Of a DNA stretch of 64,000 nucleotides, positions 8,568 through 15,624 are shown piece after piece. Location of the stretch: positions 9,588 to 73,587 of the forward strand of contig CACWHY010000007.1 of the NCBI GenBank assembly GCA_902760805.1, given 5' to 3'. The translations under genes and the position numbers were made by a program. Source of the stretch: Ruminococcus flavefaciens. Its GTDB lineage: Bacteria > Bacillota > Clostridia > Oscillospirales > Ruminococcaceae. The number at the start of each line of letters is the position of its first letter. Position 1 is the first letter of the stretch. The notes under the pieces were generated by a model. It saw only the letters and a program-made list of their open reading frames with translations, was not told the DNA's origin and ran no database searches.

Positions 8568-10637
8568 ATGAAATGTAAGATCCTGCATGAATCAAAAGGA
8601 CGTATCCGTGTTCGTTTCTGCCAGAAGTTCATGACGCTGCATCAGGCGGATATGGCGGAATATGCGCTGTCTTCGGTCAGCGGCATCACCAAAGTTCAGG
8701 TGTTTGACCGCACCTGCGATGTGATCCTTTATTACCGCTGTGACAGGAAAACAGTGCTGTCTGCACTCGCACATTTTCGGTACAATGAGGAAACGGAAGC
8801 GCTTGTTCCGGCACAGACAGGCAGGGCGCTGAATCGGGAATACGAAGAAAAGCTGACATCTGCGGTCATGCGGCGTTTCCTCCACAAATTCCTGCTGCCG
8901 CTGCCCTTCCGCCGTCTGTTTTCTTTTTTTACAGCGCTGAAATATCTCCGAAGAGGGCTGAAATGCTTGATGCACGGCAGACTTGAGGTCGAAGTGCTTG
9001 ATGCAGTTGCGATCACGGTCTCGATGCTTCGCAGCGATCTCAATACCGCCGGAAGCGTGATGTTCCTGCTGAAGATCGGTGATATTCTCGATGAATGGAC
9101 GCACAAGAGATCGGTCGATGAGCTTGCAAGGACCATGTCGCTCGGCATAGAACAGGTCTGGAAGAAGACGGAGGACGGACAGGAACTGCTTGTTCCCGTC
9201 ACGCAGATCCAGAAGGATGACTGCGTTATCGTGCGCACCGGCTCGATGATCCCACTAGACGGAAAGGTGATCGCAGGCGATGCGATGATCAATCAGGCAT
9301 CTATGACAGGAGAATCTGTGCCTGTTCACAGATATGAGGGCGCATATGTCTACGCAGGAACTGTTGTCGAGGACGGCGAATGCACGGTACAGGTCGAGAA
9401 TACCGCAGGCAGCGGACGGTATGACCGCATCGTGAAAATGATCGAAGAATCACAGCAGATGAGATCATCGGCAGAGAGCAAGGCGGCTCATCTTGCGGAT
9501 AAACTCGTGCCGTGGTGCTTAGGCGGCACATTGCTGACCTGGCTGCTGACACGCAATGCAACAAAAGCAGTGTCGATCCTGATGGTGGATTTCTCCTGCG
9601 CATTGAAGCTCGCTATGCCGATCTCAGTGCTGTCAGCAATGCGGCAGTGCGCCGGATCGGGCATTACGGTCAAGGGCGGCAAATTTCTCGAAGCGGTCGC
9701 CGACGCAGATACGGTCGTATTTGACAAGACCGGTACGCTGACACATTCACAGCCCCGTGTGGCAAAGATCATCACGTTCGGCGGCCGTGATGAAGCGGAG
9801 ATGCTGCGGCTTGCTGCGTGTTTAGAGGAGCATTATCCGCATTCGATCGCAAATGCGGTCGTTGCAGAGGCGGCGCAGCGTGGCCTTCTCCATGAGGAAC
9901 GCCATTCCAAGGTGGAATATGTGGTCGCACACGGGATCTCCAGCATGATCGACGGCGAACGTGTCGTTATCGGCAGTCATCATTTTGTGGTGGAAGACGA
10001 AGCCTGCAAAGCCCCTGACGAGCCGATTTTCCGTCATCTGCCGAAGGAGTATTCTCATCTGTACCTTGCGATCGGCGGCGAGATCGCAGCTGTGATATGT
10101 ATTGAAGATCCGCTGCGTGAGGAAGCAAAAACGGTCATCGAAACGCTGCACGGACTGGGGCTTTCCAATATTGTGATGATGACAGGCGACAACGAAAGGA
10201 CCGCAAGATCTGTTGCGGAAAAGGTCGGTGTCGATACATATTATTCTGAGGTACTGCCGGAGGATAAGGCAGTATTCATTCGCAAAGAGCATGAAGCCGG
10301 ACGGCGTGTCATCATGATCGGCGACGGTGTGAACGATTCTCCTGCACTCAGTGAATCTGATGCTGGGATCGCGATCAGCACCGGTGCGGCTATTGCAAGA
10401 GAGATCGCAGATATTACGATCTCCGCAAATGATCTGTATGCACTGATCTCGCTGAAAAAGCTCAGTGATGCGCTGATGAAGCGGATACACCGAAACTACC
10501 GCACGATCATTGGTTTTAATACGGGACTGATCCTCCTTGGTGCTGCCGGTATCCTGCCGCCTGCGACATCTGCTCTGCTGCATAATGCTTCGACATTGGC
10601 GATAGGTCTGAAAAGTATGACCGATCTTACGGTATAA
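8568..10637 (+). CDS. heavy-metal-type (P1B-like) P-type ATPase with an SCA membrane motif
   Basis: Phosphorylation motif DKTGTLT, plus MTGDN and GDGVNDSPAL. The TM motif reads DFSCALKLAMP where CPC/SPC-ALGLATP is usual. The N-terminus (KILHESKGRIRVRF) is HMA-like without CxxC. Confidence 0.85.
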   Translation: MKCKILHESKGRIRVRFCQKFMTLHQADMAEYALSSVSGITKVQVFDRTCDVILYYRCDRKTVLSALAHFRYNEETEALVPAQTGRALNREYEEKLTSAVMRRFLHKFLLPLPFRRLFSFFTALKYLRRGLKCLMHGRLEVEVLDAVAITVSMLRSDLNTAGSVMFLLKIGDILDEWTHKRSVDELARTMSLGIEQVWKKTEDGQELLVPVTQIQKDDCVIVRTGSMIPLDGKVIAGDAMINQASMTGESVPVHRYEGAYVYAGTVVEDGECTVQVENTAGSGRYDRIVKMIEESQQMRSSAESKAAHLADKLVPWCLGGTLLTWLLTRNATKAVSILMVDFSCALKLAMPISVLSAMRQCAGSGITVKGGKFLEAVADADTVVFDKTGTLTHSQPRVAKIITFGGRDEAEMLRLAACLEEHYPHSIANAVVAEAAQRGLLHEERHSKVEYVVAHGISSMIDGERVVIGSHHFVVEDEACKAPDEPIFRHLPKEYSHLYLAIGGEIAAVICIEDPLREEAKTVIETLHGLGLSNIVMMTGDNERTARSVAEKVGVDTYYSEVLPEDKAVFIRKEHEAGRRVIMIGDGVNDSPALSESDAGIAISTGAAIAREIADITISANDLYALISLKKLSDALMKRIHRNYRTIIGFNTGLILLGAAGILPPATSALLHNASTLAIGLKSMTDLTV

Positions 10638-10671
10638 AAGGTAAGCAATAAATGTCTGTACACAATAAAAA

Positions 10672-10708
10672 CGGTGCTATGAGGGAACTCGCAGCACCGC
10701 CTTTTTTT
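10672..10708 (+). terminator. intrinsic terminator after the P-type ATPase gene
   Basis: cggtgct...agcaccg forms a 7-bp stem, followed by CC and TTTTTTT. Confidence 0.6.
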
Positions 10709-10764
10709 ACTCTATCAATGATATATCCTGAGAAAGATCCACGGTGCGAAGCATTGTTATCTGA

Positions 10765-10793
10765 TTGACTTTTTCGGCGCTCAGATGTATAAT
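10765..10793 (+). promoter_or_regulatory. sigma-70-type promoter of the YjbR-EVE/DUF5131 pair
   Basis: TTGACT-17 nt-TATAAT. Confidence 0.55.
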
Positions 10794-10833
10794 GATTACA
10801 GAAAATACTTGTCAGAATGTGAGCTGAGTTATC

Positions 10834-11586
10834 ATGAAAACTATGCGTGAAGAAGTATTCGGATATATGCAAAAGAAGTACAAAGCAAAACCGGAATATC
10901 TGTGGGCAAGATTTCCTGAATATGCTGTCTTTCGCCACGCTGATGATCAGAAATGGTTTGGGATCGTGATGAACATATCCTATGATAAGATCAACAGGGA
11001 TAAAAGCGGTATGGTGGACGTACTGAATGTCAAGCTCGATGACATTCTCCTGCGTGACTTACTGGTACAGCAGGACGGTTACTATGTGGGCTATCATATC
11101 AGCCGTGGAAACTGGATCTCTATCGTCCTGGACGGCACAGTTCCATTTGATGCGATCACAAATCTGATAGATGTGAGCTATAACGTGACGGCTTCTAAAA
11201 AGACGAAGCAAAAAATAAGGCCGCCAAAGGAGTGGCTGATACCCTCAAACCCGAAATACTATGACATCGTTCACGCCTTTGATAATGCTGATGTGATCGA
11301 CTGGAAGCAGGGCGCAGGGATCAAGAAAAATGACACTGTTTTTCTGTATGTCGGCGCACCTGTGTCGGCTATTCTTTACCGGTGCAAGGTCACAGAAGTA
11401 GATATACCTTACGATTATCATTCATCCGGGCTTACGATCACCAAGCTGATGAAGATCAAACTGATAAAAAGATACAAGCCTGAGCAGTTTACATTTGAAC
11501 GGTTAAAAACAGAGTATGGCATTTTTGCTGTCAGAGGTCCGAGAGGAGTTCCGAATAGCCTGAGTGCTGCGCTGAAAGGAAAATAA
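10834..11586 (+). CDS. MmcQ/YjbR-family domain fused to a PUA-like (EVE-type) domain
   Basis: The N-terminal half matches the YjbR pattern: PEYLWARFPEYAVFRHADDQKWFGIVMNI, VLNVKLDD and GYHISRGNWISIVLDG. The C-terminal half reads WLIPSNPKYYDIVHAF..IDWKQGAGIKKNDTVFLYVGAPVSAILYRCKVTEV, which resembles EVE/PUA-like reader modules. The second call is less certain. Confidence 0.65.
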   Translation: MKTMREEVFGYMQKKYKAKPEYLWARFPEYAVFRHADDQKWFGIVMNISYDKINRDKSGMVDVLNVKLDDILLRDLLVQQDGYYVGYHISRGNWISIVLDGTVPFDAITNLIDVSYNVTASKKTKQKIRPPKEWLIPSNPKYYDIVHAFDNADVIDWKQGAGIKKNDTVFLYVGAPVSAILYRCKVTEVDIPYDYHSSGLTITKLMKIKLIKRYKPEQFTFERLKTEYGIFAVRGPRGVPNSLSAALKGK

Positions 11587-11587
11587 T

Positions 11588-12457
11588 ATGCACGATATCT
11601 GGAATCCCTGGCACGGGTGTATCAAGAAAAGCGAGGGCTGTGACCATTGCTATATGTATTTTCTTGACAAGATGAGAGATCAGGACGGCTCAAATATATA
11701 CCGGACTAAGGCAGGCTTCAACTACCCGATACAGAAAGACCGCAAAGGAAATTACAAGATAAAAAGTGGAGAGCAGATAAGAGTTTGCATGACCTCGGAT
11801 TTCTTTCTTGCCGAGGCAGATGAGTGGCGTGATGAAGCATGGGAGCTTATGAAGATACGCAGCGATGTGATATTCTTTCTGCTGACAAAACGCCCCGAAC
11901 GTGTGGCGGAGCATCTCCCGAAAGACTGGGGCGACGGCTGGGATAACATCTTTTTTAATGTGACAGCCGAAAACCAGCGGCGTGCAGACGAGCGTATCCC
12001 CATACTGTTTGAACTCCCTTTTAAGCACAAGGGCGTGATGTGCGCTCCATTCATCGGTCAGGTCAGTATGAGAAAATATCTTGAGACTGGACAGATCGAG
12101 CAAGTTCTCTGCGACGGCGAGAATTACGACGGCGCAAGACCCTGTCATTACGATTGGGTGAAGCTCCTTCGGCAGGAATGTGTGGATAACAATGTGACAT
12201 TTGTATTCTGCGGAACAGGACGGCGCTTTGTCAAGGATGGAAAACTCTACAAGCTGGAGGGTAATATCCAGTCGCAGCAGGCAAGAAAGTCGGGTATGAG
12301 CTTTCGGGGGAAGCCGATACATTTTGACTTGTATGACAGCCTTGGATACCCTGTCAGAGATGAGGACAGATACAAGCCTGTATTCAGAGAACGCTGTGAG
12401 ACCTGCGGTATGCAGATGTGCTGTAATGGGTGCAGTAACTGCGGAAAGTGTGAATAA
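11588..12457 (+). CDS. DUF5131 (phage Gp37/Gp68) family protein with a Cys-rich C-terminus
   Basis: The N-terminus IWNPWHGCIKKSEGCDHCY is characteristic of the family. The C-terminus is CETCGMQMCCNGCSNCGKCE. The gene starts 1 nt after the previous stop. Confidence 0.75.
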   Translation: MHDIWNPWHGCIKKSEGCDHCYMYFLDKMRDQDGSNIYRTKAGFNYPIQKDRKGNYKIKSGEQIRVCMTSDFFLAEADEWRDEAWELMKIRSDVIFFLLTKRPERVAEHLPKDWGDGWDNIFFNVTAENQRRADERIPILFELPFKHKGVMCAPFIGQVSMRKYLETGQIEQVLCDGENYDGARPCHYDWVKLLRQECVDNNVTFVFCGTGRRFVKDGKLYKLEGNIQSQQARKSGMSFRGKPIHFDLYDSLGYPVRDEDRYKPVFRERCETCGMQMCCNGCSNCGKCE

Positions 12458-12539
12458 TAGCAGTTTAACGGCCAGCTGATCGAAAAGAGAGATCATGGCC
12501 TGTGGGGAACGGAGATCAGGTGCGCCAATAGGCTAAGGC

Positions 12540-13979
12540 TTACTGAACAGGATCATTTACGATACCCACAAACAGCGGCAGTCCTGTCTCGCTCATGATC
12601 TCAAAGATAAACGGTCTGTCCAGCTTGAAGTCCACATGATCTTCAGGAACGCCTGCACCTTCATAAGCCATGATCGTTAGAGAAGCCGCTTTGCAGCCCT
12701 CCTCGTCAATGGTAACTCTTGTATCTTGCTCTGCTTGACTCAGAAAAACACGCTCTGTATCGGTCAAAGGCGTAAAATTGGATCTTCCTGCATCAAAAAT
12801 ATCGGTAATGCCAAGCGCATTCAGTCCGGCACGCAGGTCTATTTTGGAAGAAACGTCAAATTTCGGAACAGACATATCAACGATCACATACTTGTTGTTC
12901 GGATAGTCCCAATTACTGAGCATAAGCTCTTTGACCTGTTCATCATTCAATAGATCGTCAGGTGAATGACCCTCGTCAGGAAGTATCAGCTTCATGTGAC
13001 CGTTATTTTCGAGCTGTAAGCTGACCGATGAGAAATGCTCTCCCCAACAATATCCCATATCTCTCTCTGAGTTCATGAAGTCACATTCGACATCACCGCC
13101 GACCGCATGAAATACGCCCTTTTCAGTATTTTCTGGCAAGAACTTGTTATTCCATTTTCCACTATAATTAACAGTAGAAGCAAGTGTCAGCAGCATTTCT
13201 GGATCCATTTTTATATCCGATACATAGTTTTCAAGAAGTCCGTCTGTCTGCTCATTCATCCAATCTTGCAACATCTTATTGTAATCATCAGATACAGGAT
13301 TACCAGTATACACAGATGAATAGTAAGTGTCGGCAAGTGTATCCACCGTATCCTGCTTATAATCGGCGTTACTGTTCGTCCAAAGAGAATTGGCGAGGAT
13401 ACATTTGGCCATACCATCATCCATATAATTCGCCAGCCAGATAGATCTCGAATGTGACCGCAGAGTATCAATATCTCCCTGACCAAGCACATCGAGTATC
13501 TGCTGTCTGCTGCTTCCGTCAGTTATCTCAGCCGACATACCAAGTGCCATATACAGGCTTAACGGAGAATATACAATGTTTTCACTCTCGGCTCCTGTTA
13601 GAAATGTGTTCGCTGTATCAGAAAAAAACGTGTCAAAGCCGTCTTTGTATCCTGCCGGTTGATCTCTTAACGCTTGTTTTGCATCGTTCCATTGTGTTAA
13701 AGCATCTTGATCCATTTCATCAGGATACATAGGCATTTCGGGATATGCTGCCGCTGCAAGTAACATCGCATTGCTGCCGACCTTGTCAGAAGGAGAGATC
13801 ACAGTATCATCACCTGTTTTCGGGAGAATAGCAATACAGGCAATGACCGCCGCAGCACATACTCCGCCCAGAGCAGTCCACTTGATAATGCTGCTCTTTT
13901 TCTTTTTGGCAGTCAGTTCAGGAACGAGTTTTTCATCTGTATCACCGATCACATCAAGAAGAATATCCTTGTTTTTCAT
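12540..13979 (-). CDS. membrane-anchored serpin with an anti-sigma-like N-terminus
   Basis: Short cytoplasmic N-terminus, then Lys-rich stretch, then TM (IIKWTALGGVCAAAVIACIAILP). The rest is serpin-like, ending in hinge/RCL DEEGCKAASLTIMAYEGAGVPEDHVDFKLDRPFIFEI. Its ATG overlaps the sigma gene stop (ATGA). Confidence 0.85.
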   Translation of the reverse strand: MKNKDILLDVIGDTDEKLVPELTAKKKKSSIIKWTALGGVCAAAVIACIAILPKTGDDTVISPSDKVGSNAMLLAAAAYPEMPMYPDEMDQDALTQWNDAKQALRDQPAGYKDGFDTFFSDTANTFLTGAESENIVYSPLSLYMALGMSAEITDGSSRQQILDVLGQGDIDTLRSHSRSIWLANYMDDGMAKCILANSLWTNSNADYKQDTVDTLADTYYSSVYTGNPVSDDYNKMLQDWMNEQTDGLLENYVSDIKMDPEMLLTLASTVNYSGKWNNKFLPENTEKGVFHAVGGDVECDFMNSERDMGYCWGEHFSSVSLQLENNGHMKLILPDEGHSPDDLLNDEQVKELMLSNWDYPNNKYVIVDMSVPKFDVSSKIDLRAGLNALGITDIFDAGRSNFTPLTDTERVFLSQAEQDTRVTIDEEGCKAASLTIMAYEGAGVPEDHVDFKLDRPFIFEIMSETGLPLFVGIVNDPVQ

Positions 13980-14527
13980 ACGCCTACACCTTCCTTTTCT
14001 AAGTAAACTCTGAGTTTATCCCGAATACGCTGTAATATCATTTTGACAGCGCCCTCAGAAATGCCATTCCGTTTTGCTATCTCAGCTACAGGCATCATGT
14101 ACCAGTAACGCAGGAGAAATATCTTTCTGTTTTTGTCGGGGAGACTGCGAAGAAAGCTGTCCATAAGCTCCTTTAGTGCGAGCCTGTCCTCAATGGGAGT
14201 ATCTTCACCGATACATTCTCCCAGTTCGTCAAGACATAATGCAACTTGTCCGCCGCCATATTTTTTTGATCTATCCTTGCGGTACTTGTCGATCGCAAGA
14301 TTACGGGTGATCTTACCAAAGAATACCGTTAATCGGCTCGGCTTTTCAGGGGGCATAGTATTCCAAGCACGAAGCCAGGTATCATTAACGCATTCCTCTG
14401 TATCCTCTGCTGAGTGCAGAATGTTGTTCGCAATGGTACTGCAATAACCGCCGTATTTCGTCTTGCTTTCTTTTATTGCAGATCCTTTTCTTTGCCAGTA
14501 AAGCTCTATGATATGAAGATCTTCCAT
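13976..14527 (-). CDS. RNA polymerase sigma-70 family (ECF-like) sigma factor
   Basis: Region-2-like ECVNDTWLRAW and region-4 HTH PVAEIAKRNGISEGAVKMILQRIRDKL. The start MEDLHII is preceded by GAGGAGG. Confidence 0.85.
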   Translation of the reverse strand: MEDLHIIELYWQRKGSAIKESKTKYGGYCSTIANNILHSAEDTEECVNDTWLRAWNTMPPEKPSRLTVFFGKITRNLAIDKYRKDRSKKYGGGQVALCLDELGECIGEDTPIEDRLALKELMDSFLRSLPDKNRKIFLLRYWYMMPVAEIAKRNGISEGAVKMILQRIRDKLRVYLEKEGVGV

Positions 14528-14612
14528 AGCGCACCTCCTCGATGCCCCTTCACCCATATAGACGAGATCCATATTGCTCAGGTAACGGTAATTTTGAAAA
14601 AAATCTATGATC

Positions 14613-14641
14613 ATTATATCACAGATAACACGAATACGCAA
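14613..14641 (-). promoter_or_regulatory. candidate sigma-70-type promoter of the sigma-serpin operon
   Basis: The minus strand reads TTGCGT-17 nt-TATAAT. Confidence 0.45.
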
Positions 14642-14654
14642 TTCCCCAAAAGGG

Positions 14655-14683
14655 TTGACACTTCACGGTAAATATGGTAAAAT
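14655..14683 (+). promoter_or_regulatory. candidate promoter of the AraC/GyrI-MutS-like operon
   Basis: TTGACA-17 nt-TAAAAT. Confidence 0.5.
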
Positions 14684-14778
14684 AAATGAAAATTACCCAG
14701 AAAATGTGAGCACAAAAAGTCGGGCAGGATCGGCTGTGATGTGATATACTGGTGTTACAGCGGAGGGAAGTGAGCGCT

Positions 14779-15612
14779 ATGCAGGGCTGGATAGAAGGAT
14801 TTCAGCAGTCCATAGACCACATAGAGAAAAACCTTTCCGAAGAGCTTGATATTGAGGAGATAGCAGCCAAAGCGGCTCTTTCGCCCTTCTATTATCAGCG
14901 TATCTTCGGAGCTATGTGCGGAATGACTGTGGGAGAATATATCCGAAGCCGGCGAATGACATTGGCGGCGCAGGAACTTACCTGCTCGGATAAAAAGGTG
15001 ATCGACATCGCTGCGAAGTACGGCTACGATTCTCCCGACAGCTTCGCAAAAGCCTTTCAGCGCTTCCACGGCATCACTCCGGCACAGGCGAAGTCCTCCG
15101 GAGCGAGCCTGAGGTCACTGGCTCCGCTGCATATCAAGATCACATTGGAGGGCGGAAATATGCTAGAGTACAAGATCATTGAAAAGGCACCGTTTACGGT
15201 AGTGGGCGTCAGAAAGAGCTTCAATTCCGAGACCAGCTACAAGGAGATCCCGAAATTCTGGGGAGAGTGGCTGTCGGACATGAAGGGCCTGAAGGGAATG
15301 TTCGGCCTTTGTTCTGACATGGACGGAAGGAACTTCGACTACTGGATCGCTGACCTGTATGAGCCGTGGAAGGAGATCCCTGAGGGCTGTGAAACATACC
15401 AGATCCCCGGCGGACTTTGGGCGCAGTTCAAGTGCAAGGGTCCTCTTCCCGACAGTATGCAGACGGTCAATACCCAGATCTGGTCGGAATGGCTGCCGGC
15501 ATTGCAGGGATACGAGCTGGCAGGCAATTATTCCTTGGAGTTCTATCTTCCTCCGGCAAAGGATCCTGCCGACACGGAAAGCTATATCTGTATCCCGCTG
15601 AAAAAGATCTAA
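14779..15612 (+). CDS. AraC-family regulator with a GyrI-like effector-binding domain
   Basis: N-terminal AraC HTH pair (IEEIAAKAALSPFYYQRIF, VIDIAAKYGYDSPDSFAKAFQRFHGITP). The C-terminus is a GyrI/SbmC-like domain (KAPFTVVGV..., FELCSDMDG..YWIA). Confidence 0.85.
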   Translation: MQGWIEGFQQSIDHIEKNLSEELDIEEIAAKAALSPFYYQRIFGAMCGMTVGEYIRSRRMTLAAQELTCSDKKVIDIAAKYGYDSPDSFAKAFQRFHGITPAQAKSSGASLRSLAPLHIKITLEGGNMLEYKIIEKAPFTVVGVRKSFNSETSYKEIPKFWGEWLSDMKGLKGMFGLCSDMDGRNFDYWIADLYEPWKEIPEGCETYQIPGGLWAQFKCKGPLPDSMQTVNTQIWSEWLPALQGYELAGNYSLEFYLPPAKDPADTESYICIPLKKI

Positions 15613-15624
15613 GAGGTGAAAAAA

